Source of the DNA: a virus
Lineage: Duplodnaviria; Caudoviricetes
Direction: 5' to 3' (one strand)
DNA: 64,000 nt
IMG/VR virus record: IMGVR_UViG_3300009788_000091
Span: 1-64,000 of that record
This document shows positions 52,848 through 62,971 of the stretch, one piece after another (within the stretch, counting starts at the first letter, position 1; every line of letters begins with the position of its first letter). Below the pieces are notes generated by a model. That model worked only from the letters and a program-made list of their open reading frames with translations. It made no database searches and was not told where the DNA came from. The translations under genes and the position numbers were made by a program.

Positions 52848-53171
52848 TTACCTCCGCTTATGCTTTGGTGCCTTTAATTCCTTCTTTTGTTTTTTCTTCG
52901 ATTCCTCTTTATCATCGGATTTCTTTGCAGGAGCCTCGGCACCAGCAGGTTTTGCTGGTGCTTTGGCTTTAGCTTCTTCAACTCTTTCTGCAACGACCTT
53001 GATTCGGGCTTTTGGATAAGCCATTTTAATGTAAGCCAACTCACCTTCAGTAACTGTGATTGGTTTACGCGGCATTAAATGGATTGAACCCTTACATGAG
53101 CGTTTGCAGTCCTTTGGAAACCCTTCGACATAAAGAGGGGAATAATCGTAATACATAATTAGTTTTTTCAT
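52848..53171 (-). CDS. Hypothetical head-region protein with Ala/Lys/Pro-rich tail
   Basis: 107-aa ORF downstream of the capsid gene. Confidence 0.65.
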   Translation of the reverse strand: MKKLIMYYDYSPLYVEGFPKDCKRSCKGSIHLMPRKPITVTEGELAYIKMAYPKARIKVVAERVEEAKAKAPAKPAGAEAPAKKSDDKEESKKKQKKELKAPKHKRR

Positions 53172-53195
53172 ATTGTTTAACCCCCTTTTTCATTT

Positions 53196-53471
53196 TTACG
53201 CCTTAGATTTTTTTCTTTTCTTCTTTTTTGATCCTAAAACTTTACGCTTTTTTAATTTCTTAGGTTTAGAAGATGCCATTTCTGTTTTAAGCAAAGCGAC
53301 ATGAAAATGTCCATTTGCTTTATATTCAGCCACTACATCTTCACCTTTGATAATTCGTGGGACATCTCTGACCCATCTCATTTTTCCAAGTGTATAAGTT
53401 TTTGGACCTTTTAAAACGACTCTTGCAGTTACCATTTGTGCTCCTTTCATTGCCAAATATGGGCTACTCAA
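53196..53471 (-). CDS. Hypothetical basic head-region protein
   Basis: Directly after the major capsid gene; Lys-rich C-terminus. Confidence 0.6.
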   Translation of the reverse strand: MSSPYLAMKGAQMVTARVVLKGPKTYTLGKMRWVRDVPRIIKGEDVVAEYKANGHFHVALLKTEMASSKPKKLKKRKVLGSKKKKRKKSKA

Positions 53472-53483
53472 CTATTTATCTAA

Positions 53484-54698
53484 TTAGGCTAATCCAATGT
53501 TAATGCCAAGAACAACAGCGTCAGTTTCTTCAATCTGACTTGCTACTCTTGCTGTCATAGCAAACTCTGTAACCGAACCAAAGATGTTTCGATCACGTTC
53601 CAACCGAATGTCACGACCAATTCCAAGTATCATATTCCTGAATTCAGTCAACCACATTTGGCTTTCAGCTAGATAACTTAATTTCACATCACTAGGATCA
53701 GAAATCGCTCCTGAACCTGGATGAGTAATAGTTCCAGCTGCGTTATCAATCGTGTAATCGGTAGGATTCACAAAAGGAGTAACAGGAACCTTCGGATTTG
53801 CATTGATAGTTTGCAAAACAAGAATGTCACTACCAGCAACAATATTCTTATTTTTCAATGCAACTGGACTTACACCAGTTCCCAAAGAAAATTCTTCGGT
53901 AATCAAAGGCGTCTGAGGAAGTAGAGCCAATGGCACCAATTCAATTCCAAATGGGCGAAGATTTACTTCACTTGTTGCAGCTGTATCACCAAGACCAGTT
54001 GCGCGTGAAGCCAGGTTATTCCTGAAAAGTTGTTCGGTGGTATCCGAAATGAAAAATTTCAGGTTACGCTTGTTACGTTTGAACTTGCTAGGCATTTCAA
54101 CAATCATGTCACTGAAAATCTGATGCTTAATATTTTCGCCATCATTATCAACGATATGACTTAATCCAGCTAGTTTCATCCAACCATCTTGCAATTTAAG
54201 ATAAGTATCAACGATCACTTCCGTAGCTGATCCGCCATCGACCAATTCACTTTCGAATTTAACTGCACCAAGTTTATCACCTTGGATATACAATTCTTCA
54301 AGATCGTTCGAAAATTGAGTCGCCATCAATCTCATGATGGTATCTTCAACAGCTTCACCTTCTAAGTTTTCAGAAAGGAACTCATCTGAAATTTCCCATG
54401 GAACCATAATTTCTTCTGGTTGTAGGGTGACCTTACTGGTGTTGATTTTTCGTCGAACACCTGGATCAACAGCTTCTTTCTTAGGAACAGCAACTCTGGC
54501 TCCAACTCCAATTTTATCGATATCTAATTTATCATTTCGAAATCGAATAACTCGAACGCGACCTTGAAGACCAGTCACATCAATAACAAAATCAATGAAA
54601 CGATCTGCTTGTGCATCGTTCAATCTTCCTGCTGCTGCGATTTCCGCAGTTGTGATTACTGCTTTTTCCAGCAATTCTTTATTAGTTAGCTTACTCAT
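53484..54698 (-). CDS. Major capsid protein (HK97 fold, PBSX XkdG-like)
   Basis: GRLNDAQADRFID; ENLEGEAVEDTIMRLMATQFSNDLEEL..QGD; DGWMK; RATGLGD; N..LGI.RDIRLE. Confidence 0.93.
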   Translation of the reverse strand: MSKLTNKELLEKAVITTAEIAAAGRLNDAQADRFIDFVIDVTGLQGRVRVIRFRNDKLDIDKIGVGARVAVPKKEAVDPGVRRKINTSKVTLQPEEIMVPWEISDEFLSENLEGEAVEDTIMRLMATQFSNDLEELYIQGDKLGAVKFESELVDGGSATEVIVDTYLKLQDGWMKLAGLSHIVDNDGENIKHQIFSDMIVEMPSKFKRNKRNLKFFISDTTEQLFRNNLASRATGLGDTAATSEVNLRPFGIELVPLALLPQTPLITEEFSLGTGVSPVALKNKNIVAGSDILVLQTINANPKVPVTPFVNPTDYTIDNAAGTITHPGSGAISDPSDVKLSYLAESQMWLTEFRNMILGIGRDIRLERDRNIFGSVTEFAMTARVASQIEETDAVVLGINIGLA

Positions 54699-54718
54699 TT
54701 TTAACCCCCTTTAAGGTT

Positions 54719-54737
54719 TGTTATACAGTGTTATACA
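54719..54737. promoter_or_regulatory. Tandem box TGTTATACA-G-TGTTATACA
   Basis: Perfect copy upstream of the major capsid RBS. Confidence 0.8.
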
Positions 54738-54751
54738 AACAACTCAAATCA

Positions 54752-56020
54752 TTATTTAGTTCGACCTGATCCAGACTTACCACTATTCGCTGCATTTCTT
54801 TTTCGAATAGAAGTACGAATATTATCTAAATTAAGTAAATCTTTAAATACAGATTCAGTTTTAGTTGTTTGATTTTCATCATTATCATCATCTTCGTCGT
54901 CGTCATCTTCGTCATCTATGGCTCCAGATGCACCTGCTGTAACTTCGAGATCATCAAATCGTTTTTTAAGTTTGTCAGAACTAGTTTTTACTTCAGTTTT
55001 GACAGATTCAACTGCTTCTTCAATAGATTCAACTGCTTCTTCCAGATTTTTTATCTGCTTCACAGTTTCATCCATAGATTTTTTCATTGAAGAACCTTTC
55101 TTTTTTTGGCCCATCACCGAAGCGATAAGACTTGAAAGAGATTCAGCAATTTGTCTCAAAGTAGCCAATCTTTGAGATGAAATTTTAGCACCTGCTTTTT
55201 CGACTTGATTTTCATCATCAGAATCTTCGTCAGAATCTTCATCTTCATCAGAATCTTCATCAGATACTTCCGATTTTACAGCCTTGATACGGTCTAGAAG
55301 TTCAGCATACCCAGTTTCAGTTTCATCAGACTTGTTTTTGTCTGCGACCTGTTCAACTTGGTTTGAACTAGCTAACATAGTAACTTGCTCTAAAGCTGCC
55401 ATGTTTAACGCGACGACTTCATTAAGAGCACTCGCACTGCTCTCATGTAACGTTAACGACTGCTCTAACAAGCCTTTCAATTCACCTATATTCTTTTCTA
55501 ACGCTTTAATACGTTTTTCTAAATTCATATTAATTTTTCCTTTTTCTTGATCATCAGAATCTTCATCTTCATCAGAATCTTCATCAGTTTCTTCGTCTGA
55601 ATCAACTTCATCTGTCTTTTCAAACTTTTCAGGATGTTCTGATTTGAATTTTTCAAAATCAAAATTACCATCCATACAAGCGCCAGCAATATCATGTTCC
55701 ATTGCACATGAGAAACAAACAGAACAAAGAAGTCCGATCTTAGGTTCGCTTCCACCTACTTGTTTACAGAAAACGCAAGTGCCTTCATCTGAATCAGATT
55801 TTTTTACTTTTTTAATCCAATTCCCACCTTTTACTGCTGCATCTTTATAAAGTTCTTGCAAAGATTGCGCTATATTTTTAAAATTTTTCGCATTGGCGTT
55901 TTTAAATAAATAAAATGATTCACCAATTGCTGGTTTATCGACACTTGAAACCTCATGCACTTCAAGATCAACAATTCGTTTCTTCCCATTTGATTTAATT
56001 TTCTTTTTTCTTTTTTTCAT
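54752..56020 (-). CDS. Scaffold protein carrying the 'EVSxVDxPA' protease strand
   Basis: Likely start at 56020 (TAATG coupling, GAGGG RBS); LEVHEVSSVDKPA; Cys cluster; coiled coils and acidic tracts; KAGAKISSQRL motif. Confidence 0.8.
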   Translation of the reverse strand: MKKRKKKIKSNGKKRIVDLEVHEVSSVDKPAIGESFYLFKNANAKNFKNIAQSLQELYKDAAVKGGNWIKKVKKSDSDEGTCVFCKQVGGSEPKIGLLCSVCFSCAMEHDIAGACMDGNFDFEKFKSEHPEKFEKTDEVDSDEETDEDSDEDEDSDDQEKGKINMNLEKRIKALEKNIGELKGLLEQSLTLHESSASALNEVVALNMAALEQVTMLASSNQVEQVADKNKSDETETGYAELLDRIKAVKSEVSDEDSDEDEDSDEDSDDENQVEKAGAKISSQRLATLRQIAESLSSLIASVMGQKKKGSSMKKSMDETVKQIKNLEEAVESIEEAVESVKTEVKTSSDKLKKRFDDLEVTAGASGAIDDEDDDDEDDDNDENQTTKTESVFKDLLNLDNIRTSIRKRNAANSGKSGSGRTK

Positions 56021-57813
56021 TATGAAGCCCTCTTTATTTCCCATTTCATATTAGAATTGGGAGTAAATTCAATACATTTGGTTTTTTGTCCTTCTTCAAT
56101 AAGTCTAGCACGACCACCGATACTAAACCCAGTAATTTTTCCAGTTTTGATTAAAATCCATACTTCATCATCAAAAACTTTAACAGTCATTACCCACGTT
56201 CCTTTAACAATCTTTCGACCATTAATCTCAAAATTGACAGGAGCCATATAACTTTCGACAACAGCAATTTTTCGACTAAAGTCAACATGCATAAATCCTC
56301 GATCTGCTTTGTCATCTAATCCGATAGAATTTAAAAATTCTGGGTCATTTTGAAATGTAAGCTTAATCATGTAATTATGTCCAGCATTTTCAATTTCTTC
56401 TGCACTTACAATTTCATCTTGAAGATCAATACTTTCAGGAATTAAAACTGGCCCCATTACAAGTCTTTTTTCTTCATCTTGTTTTACAATATCATATTTT
56501 AACGATTTAAATTTTGTTCCTTTTCGAAGTTCTAATTGTTTCAAAAATTCATTAAATGATAAATGTAATGGCCAAACAATATCACTATCTAATTTTTTAA
56601 CCCCTGCTTTTAATCGACCAAAAACACCTTTAATGCCGGATGTTAATTCTTTAGTTCGAAAAGAATCTCTTTTAAAATCATTTGGTTTACGTTGGCGTAA
56701 ACGAAAGAAATTTTCTGTTTCATCTACTTTACTTGATTTAAAATCATGATCTTTAGCCCATGATACTGCTTGAGATCTTGAAAATTTCTTTTTATCAAAA
56801 AGCAAAGTTTGAATAACTAACGATTCTTGTTTTTCTAAATAGGTTTGTTTTAATGCAATAATTCTTTTTTTCATATCTAACATAGATTCAGATTCCTTTG
56901 CTTCATTGTCTTCAAATGAATCAAGTGTGTCAGTTCTAGTTTCTGTCTGATTTTCATTTTGGACAGCATTTTCTGTTAATGAATCCGCTGCACTTGCATC
57001 TAAACTTTCTGCTACTTGTAATTCTTCTTTCAGGAAGCCTACTACTGCTTCGACTCCTTCAGTTAGTCGAACTCGAATCAATGTAGCTTCCTGAAACTTA
57101 TCATTTGATAATACCATAAAAGTGAAGGCATCATCTCTTTCTTCGGATGCCCGTACATTTAAACCATGATCCATTACAAATCGTCTTGCTTGCCCTATAT
57201 CAACAAATCGTTGACGCGAAAGAACAAGTGATTGAATTCGTAATCCATCTCCTAAACGACTCAAATTTTTTATTAATGCTTTAAGACATGCTTCTTTAAG
57301 CACCGCATTAAAATTTGGACTATTTAATCGTTTAATCAACGCAAAATCCATTTCAACAGGATAATTTTTATCCCTTTTAATTTTATAATCTTTAAGCCCT
57401 GGCTTATTTTTTACAGAATTTTGAACTTCAGAAATTAAATCGCCTGGAAGAAGTGATACGAATTTCTGTTCATTAATATCCAAAATATGAGTATGAAGTC
57501 CAGATAATGTTGTGTTCTCTACTTGTAATTCATGTGGGTGTGGTGTGCCTGAATCAGTTTCAATAACCTGTATTCCTTCTTGAGTACGAATAGAGATTCT
57601 ATGTATATGTTTAGGCTGTGATTCAGCACCTACTTCACTTTCTTTTGCATTAATTGGATGCCAGTGTTCTCCATCCAATTCAGTCATAATTAATCTATCT
57701 TGAACAAAAAATAAATGTTTGTGAATTCCATCTTTGAGAGTTTTTGTAGGCGACTCAAGTCTGTGAAGATGAGCACCACCTTCACCGATAACTTTTATTT
57801 TTTTATTACCCAT
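56020..57813 (-). CDS. XkdF-type prohead protease with N-terminal His-rich repeats
   Basis: EEKRLVMGPVLIP...DLQDE..SAEEIENA; MH; VVESY.AP; KGTWV; IKTGKITGFSIGG; six HxH repeats at the N-terminus. Confidence 0.88.
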   Translation of the reverse strand: MGNKKIKVIGEGGAHLHRLESPTKTLKDGIHKHLFFVQDRLIMTELDGEHWHPINAKESEVGAESQPKHIHRISIRTQEGIQVIETDSGTPHPHELQVENTTLSGLHTHILDINEQKFVSLLPGDLISEVQNSVKNKPGLKDYKIKRDKNYPVEMDFALIKRLNSPNFNAVLKEACLKALIKNLSRLGDGLRIQSLVLSRQRFVDIGQARRFVMDHGLNVRASEERDDAFTFMVLSNDKFQEATLIRVRLTEGVEAVVGFLKEELQVAESLDASAADSLTENAVQNENQTETRTDTLDSFEDNEAKESESMLDMKKRIIALKQTYLEKQESLVIQTLLFDKKKFSRSQAVSWAKDHDFKSSKVDETENFFRLRQRKPNDFKRDSFRTKELTSGIKGVFGRLKAGVKKLDSDIVWPLHLSFNEFLKQLELRKGTKFKSLKYDIVKQDEEKRLVMGPVLIPESIDLQDEIVSAEEIENAGHNYMIKLTFQNDPEFLNSIGLDDKADRGFMHVDFSRKIAVVESYMAPVNFEINGRKIVKGTWVMTVKVFDDEVWILIKTGKITGFSIGGRARLIEEGQKTKCIEFTPNSNMKWEIKRAS

Positions 57814-57822
57814 ATGTTTTCC

Positions 57823-57841
57823 TGTTATACATTGTTATACA
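57823..57841. promoter_or_regulatory. Tandem box TGTTATACA-T-TGTTATACA
   Basis: Perfect copy 9 nt upstream of the protease start codon. Confidence 0.8.
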
Positions 57842-57924
57842 GACTACTTAAAAAATATCAAACCTTTTAATTTTTTGAAAGCTTTAAAATATAATCCCCT
57901 AATTAATATAATAGCAAATAAATA

Positions 57925-58998
57925 CTAAACTGGCACGATTTCAGATCTACATCTGAAATGCGCTGGTGGAACAATTGGTACACCGTTTCTTGCCAACAAA
58001 TTCGCAGCATCATTTGAATTCAATTTTTGGCCTCTAGATAAATTAAATTCCGATAAATCTTTTCTCCATTTGAAGTTTTCTACGATGTCTTGGCTATTCT
58101 TTTGTTTAAGAATATCCTGCATTTGACTCTGCGCTAACTCAATTGGAAAAACTCGACCATCCATTTGTAGACAAATAGTAGAAGTTCGATTATCAACTAT
58201 AGAAGACCATCGAAGTTGTGTAATTCTGGCTCCGACCATAAGATTTAAATTACTAAAAGCCCTTGCTCTAGTAATTGTTGTTGCGGATAATCCTTCAAAA
58301 TAAGATGTAATAGATTTTTGGCCATTTAATAAAATCGATCTTGGTACAAGTTGTTGAAAACCACCAATTCTTTTAGATATTTGATTTCTTAAAACCACAC
58401 CAGCTTCTTTTTTAGACAATCCTTTTTCAAAAACTCGTTTTTGAATTATATTAATTAAAGTTGGTTTTATATTTTTAAAAAAATAAGCTCCAACTGCAAT
58501 AACATGAAGCCTATTTAATTCTTTTAAAGTAGATGTATCTGTTTCTGTGAATGATGAACTTAATTCTGGAGTGATTTCTCCTTCATCTTGTTTCCTAACA
58601 ATTGATGTTATTTTTATATCAAGATAATAAAGACTTTTTTCTTTAGTTTTGAATCGACGAACAAATTGTTTTCTTTCTATTCTATAAGCTGTTTTTACAT
58701 CTCTTTTAATTCGTTTTTGAACTGCTGTGTCAAATGTAGTAAAAGGTTTGTCTAAAGCTGCAATCATACTTTTTGTTTCGCTTTTTGTAACCTTCTTATT
58801 TGAACGTAAATTGATTTTAGAAACGACATTATTCACTAATTTAGTAGCTCTACGATTCCATTCTCTCATAATAAAACGGGTAAGATTTTTTTCAATTCGA
58901 TTAATTGCACGACCATCATTATCCCCAATAGACTTCTCTAAAATAATTGAAGTCAAATCGAAGATAATTTCTTTTTGATCAAATGTGAGTTGTTTCAT
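57925..58998 (-). CDS. Minor head protein, MuF/SPP1 gp7-like
   Basis: WSSIVDNRTSTICLQMDG...PPAHFRCRS. Confidence 0.92.
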   Translation of the reverse strand: MKQLTFDQKEIIFDLTSIILEKSIGDNDGRAINRIEKNLTRFIMREWNRRATKLVNNVVSKINLRSNKKVTKSETKSMIAALDKPFTTFDTAVQKRIKRDVKTAYRIERKQFVRRFKTKEKSLYYLDIKITSIVRKQDEGEITPELSSSFTETDTSTLKELNRLHVIAVGAYFFKNIKPTLINIIQKRVFEKGLSKKEAGVVLRNQISKRIGGFQQLVPRSILLNGQKSITSYFEGLSATTITRARAFSNLNLMVGARITQLRWSSIVDNRTSTICLQMDGRVFPIELAQSQMQDILKQKNSQDIVENFKWRKDLSEFNLSRGQKLNSNDAANLLARNGVPIVPPAHFRCRSEIVPV

Positions 58999-60746
58999 TT
59001 AAAATAATCGGAGCGATCAGAGCCGAATCCCTCTTTATCTAATTCAAGTTCCAAAATATGTTGAATATCCATTAAATTTTTAATTAAAGTGTTTGGATTC
59101 TTAAAAAGTTTTTTCAAGACTTTTTGTTGTTCAGCATTTGGTGCTTTAGGTATTTGACCTTGTGGGGCAAAAGTTCCATTGGCATTTGCATTTCCAGCTG
59201 AGTGCATCAACATAGCAAGGCTAAGAGAGAACGGAATATCAGGATGAAAGAATTTCTTAAATTCTTCAGGAATATTCTCATCAACTTCGGGAAGGTCTTG
59301 ATTCAAAACATCACTCAGAAGTTCCCGCGCAATCCTTGGGCTCAATCCACCTGTCTTCTCGCCCCCAACAAGAATTCTCACTATATCCTCATCATTAGTG
59401 ACATTTGGACTATTTGATTTGAAAGTCCAAAATCGAATACCTTGTTGCATCATAATCTTGTTAAAAGCAGTATCAAAATCTTCTCTTTCTGGATTGTATA
59501 CATACTTCTCAGCAAATCTTTCAGATTCTTGAGCAATAGATCGATTTAAATTTTCAACTCTACCTACCATTAATGGGGGAACTCTAAACGATCTACGCAA
59601 TTTATCAGCGTTATTTGAATCATATTTTTGCCACAATTGATCAGAATGTTGAGCCTGGGTAAGCGGTTTAATTTCAATTTTTACATTAGATGGATTGGAT
59701 AAACCATCGTGACTTGATTCGGCTTCAATCAATAAAAATTTTGAATAATTAGAATTACCTTTTACTTGTGAATCAACAAACTCTCTCAATCTTTGAACTG
59801 ATCCAGATGTTAACATTCCACCATTTGCTAAAATTGCCATTGATGGAACATGGTTATTCATCATTGTTAAAATATTAGTTTCATCCGTTTGTCTAGATCC
59901 TTTAATGGAAATAATATTGCCTGTGAATCGTGGCATTCCATAAGGTGTTCGTCTTGTAGTTGGAATTTTAAAATGAAAAAGTTCATTAGCATGGAATTTT
60001 TTATTCAAGCGTTTATTAGCAACATCTCCATTTCGGAGATCAATAATTCGAGTATCACCAAATTCCTTGAAGTAAACTTTCTTTGTACCTACAACTTGTA
60101 CATAGCGTCTAAACCGTCGCATAAAACTTCGTCTTACCAGTTTCAAATCATCTCTTACAAAAAAAAGGCTCATTCTTGTAAGTTCTTTATCAGGTTTAGA
60201 AATTAAAACCGTTGCAGCAGAAATATGATTAATACATGAATATCGTTTTGCATTAGTAAATGAAGGAATTAATTCCCACCAAGCATTCCCTGTTTGTTCT
60301 CGATCTTTTCTGCTTTTTCGTCTTAGTTTAACAAAAGAATCCTCTGGATTAGGATAAGTTAAAAGGCCATCAAGAAATGCTTTTTCTTCAGCCATTTTTG
60401 ATTTATTTGCTGCCATTTGGCTTTCAGTCATTTTTCTAGATTTTAATCTTCCACCAAAACCATCAATACCAATTTCCATTTGTTCAATTGTTTGACCTAA
60501 TTCAGTAGAAAACTCTGAAAGAACGGCCAATTCACTTAATGATAATGGTGGAGCAACGATTTTACTTCCAAGTCTTAATTGTTCATGTTCAGTTTCTAGA
60601 ATTTCATTACTTTGAAATTTTTTAATTTGGGTTGGGCTTACACTTATAACTGTAGCTTTAAGAATATGACGATTACCTTTTTCATCTATAACAGGAATTT
60701 TTTTACTAACAGTATTTTTTGATTTTTTAATTAATTTTTTTGCCAT
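58995..60746 (-). CDS. Portal protein (PBSX family)
   Basis: TGNAWWE; YFKEFGD; ANELFHF; YGMPR; SFRVPPLMVG; follows the terminase. Confidence 0.92.
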   Translation of the reverse strand: MAKKLIKKSKNTVSKKIPVIDEKGNRHILKATVISVSPTQIKKFQSNEILETEHEQLRLGSKIVAPPLSLSELAVLSEFSTELGQTIEQMEIGIDGFGGRLKSRKMTESQMAANKSKMAEEKAFLDGLLTYPNPEDSFVKLRRKSRKDREQTGNAWWELIPSFTNAKRYSCINHISAATVLISKPDKELTRMSLFFVRDDLKLVRRSFMRRFRRYVQVVGTKKVYFKEFGDTRIIDLRNGDVANKRLNKKFHANELFHFKIPTTRRTPYGMPRFTGNIISIKGSRQTDETNILTMMNNHVPSMAILANGGMLTSGSVQRLREFVDSQVKGNSNYSKFLLIEAESSHDGLSNPSNVKIEIKPLTQAQHSDQLWQKYDSNNADKLRRSFRVPPLMVGRVENLNRSIAQESERFAEKYVYNPEREDFDTAFNKIMMQQGIRFWTFKSNSPNVTNDEDIVRILVGGEKTGGLSPRIARELLSDVLNQDLPEVDENIPEEFKKFFHPDIPFSLSLAMLMHSAGNANANGTFAPQGQIPKAPNAEQQKVLKKLFKNPNTLIKNLMDIQHILELELDKEGFGSDRSDYFK

Positions 60747-60756
60747 AAAATTTCCT

Positions 60757-62313
60757 TCATATTAATCCAGGTTCTTCATCTCTTGTTTTTTTTGATCCAC
60801 CAAAAGCTAAATTTACTGCAATATCAAGAGCATCAAATAAATCTTTAAATCGACCTGACGGCATTTTTAAAAGATGTTCCATTAAATCATGCATCCCTTC
60901 AAGAAAATAAATTTGCCCTCTTTCAAAATACGCTGAAAGTTTCCAAGCCCTCACTGTTTTATCTTTATCGGTAAAAACTGGTACTGCTCTTATATTAGCT
61001 AATTTTTCATCAGTTTGCATATCCTGAATTAAGGCCCGTTGATATCCATTAGCTTCAATTCCCAACTTAATTGGGTCATATCTGTCAAATTCACGCTTAA
61101 TAATAGCCTTTTGGTCAGTATAATGCGTTACAGCATTATGGTAACTTAATACATAAATATTTTTTGTTTTCTTGTCAATTCCGATTGTAATGTGCGCAAA
61201 TTTATCAGCATCATCACTTTGTTTAATCGCTAAATCCGCTCCTTGTATTTTAATCAATTTACTAACATTGATATCTTCCAGACGATACCATTTGAACCAA
61301 TCAATCTTAAATATTTTTCCTTTCATTCCTTCGACATCATTTTGCATTTGAGCATTAAAAATAATTCTGCCCATAATTTTACGTAATCGAAGTAAATATC
61401 GAACACTTGCTTTTTCAGGCCATAAAGCTAAATACTTTTTTGACTCTGGAGTATTTCGTTTTAAAAGTTTTTTAATTTCTATTAAAGCTGGATAAACTTG
61501 ATAATATCGTTTTTTTATTTTTCCTTTTTTAGTTTTTTTACAAAGAATATTATGTTGAAGATACCCCCACAAGTCTTCTGGATAATATCGAGTACCAATC
61601 AACGACATTTCCCCACCATCAGGTTCTAAACAAGGTAATAAAACTTTCAAAAACCAAGTTCTAATTTTTTCACGTTGTCCTTCAGTGCGTGAATTTTCTT
61701 CATCAACTAAATCATCACCAATAATTAAATCAAAATGCTTTGAGGCTGGACTTCCACCAACTCCCATCGTTGTAATTGTATCTTCTTTAGCATCTGATTT
61801 TCTTGGTGCTACTCTTATATTACCATCATTCCAAATCGTTCCAATATGATTACCAAATAAAGCTACGAATTCTTTTCTTTTTAATTTCTGTTTAATTTCA
61901 GAAAGAAATGTAACAGCATTATCATCAGTTTTTGAAGCTATAAGAATTCGAATATCTGGATTTTGTATTATTTTTAAAACACAACGAGAAATATTTAAAA
62001 TTGTTGATTTACCATGACCTCTAGGAGCTAAAGTTAAATTCCATCGTTGATCTTTTCCATCTACTTGATTAGGGATAACTAAAGAATTAAACTTAATTCC
62101 AAGATACATAGCCCAATGAAAATCTTTAATCTGATAACCTAAAACTTCAGTCATTAAAAGATCCATTCGATCATGATTCTCAATCTGGTCTTTTAACCAA
62201 TGTTTCTTAGCTAGCCTTTTCTTTTTTAATTCATCAACAATTGTTTGACGATTTCTTAATTTTTTAGTTTTAGACCCACCTGAAGTTTGTTCGCTATCAG
62301 TAATAAAAACCAT
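60757..62313 (-). CDS. terL: Terminase large subunit
   Basis: Walker A APRGHGKST; Walker B IIGDDL; GTRY..EDL; nuclease D (GADLA), IEANGYQ, DLFDAL. Confidence 0.95.
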   Translation of the reverse strand: MVFITDSEQTSGGSKTKKLRNRQTIVDELKKKRLAKKHWLKDQIENHDRMDLLMTEVLGYQIKDFHWAMYLGIKFNSLVIPNQVDGKDQRWNLTLAPRGHGKSTILNISRCVLKIIQNPDIRILIASKTDDNAVTFLSEIKQKLKRKEFVALFGNHIGTIWNDGNIRVAPRKSDAKEDTITTMGVGGSPASKHFDLIIGDDLVDEENSRTEGQREKIRTWFLKVLLPCLEPDGGEMSLIGTRYYPEDLWGYLQHNILCKKTKKGKIKKRYYQVYPALIEIKKLLKRNTPESKKYLALWPEKASVRYLLRLRKIMGRIIFNAQMQNDVEGMKGKIFKIDWFKWYRLEDINVSKLIKIQGADLAIKQSDDADKFAHITIGIDKKTKNIYVLSYHNAVTHYTDQKAIIKREFDRYDPIKLGIEANGYQRALIQDMQTDEKLANIRAVPVFTDKDKTVRAWKLSAYFERGQIYFLEGMHDLMEHLLKMPSGRFKDLFDALDIAVNLAFGGSKKTRDEEPGLI

Positions 62314-62314
62314 T

Positions 62315-62968
62315 TTATCTTTTTCTCACAATAAATTTAATTTTAGTTTTAGCTTTAGTTTTAATTTTAGTCTTTGATATATTTTTATTTTCCAATAATT
62401 TTTGAGGAATAAATTTTCTTACTTCTTCTGGCATAACCCCTAAAAGTTCAGGACGCATATCAATCACACCCGTACTCAATCGTTGAATATTTTCAACTTC
62501 TTTTTGTATTTCTTCTTTTACTTCTTTTTCAGACATTGTACTAAAACTCATCTCACCTGATACTTTAAATTCAGTAGCTTTCTTTTCAATAAATCCAAAA
62601 TCTTGACCCATTTTAATAACAGAATCATAAATTTCTTTTTTCTGTTTTACAGCGGCTACCAACGCTGTCCATTGACCTTTATTTCTAAATTTAACTTTTA
62701 ATTCATCTAGTTCTTTAACCATCTGTCTGGATTTCAATAAATAGTCTGAATAAACACCAACTGAATCAAGATTTTCTAAAACGTCTTTATCATTTCGTAA
62801 AATTTGTTGTTTATAATGGGATAAATCATCTGGTCTAATTTCCAGTTGTTCCATTATTTCATAATCAGTATAATTTTTTCCTATTAAACGACGAATGTCC
62901 GACATCAAATGGCGTTGTTGTTTTAAACTTCGTTGAGCAGGTTTTTTTTTAGACTTATTTTTTTTCAT
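62315..62968 (-). CDS. Terminase small subunit (putative)
   Basis: HTH-like N-terminus, helical body, immediately upstream of TerL. Confidence 0.65.
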   Translation of the reverse strand: MKKNKSKKKPAQRSLKQQRHLMSDIRRLIGKNYTDYEIMEQLEIRPDDLSHYKQQILRNDKDVLENLDSVGVYSDYLLKSRQMVKELDELKVKFRNKGQWTALVAAVKQKKEIYDSVIKMGQDFGFIEKKATEFKVSGEMSFSTMSEKEVKEEIQKEVENIQRLSTGVIDMRPELLGVMPEEVRKFIPQKLLENKNISKTKIKTKAKTKIKFIVRKR

Positions 62969-62971
62969 TAT

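Noticed and set aside
56020-56050. Programmed frameshift fusing protease and scaffold at GGGAAAT
   Set aside because: The heptamer is not in the protease reading frame; TAATG coupling with an RBS explains the junction better
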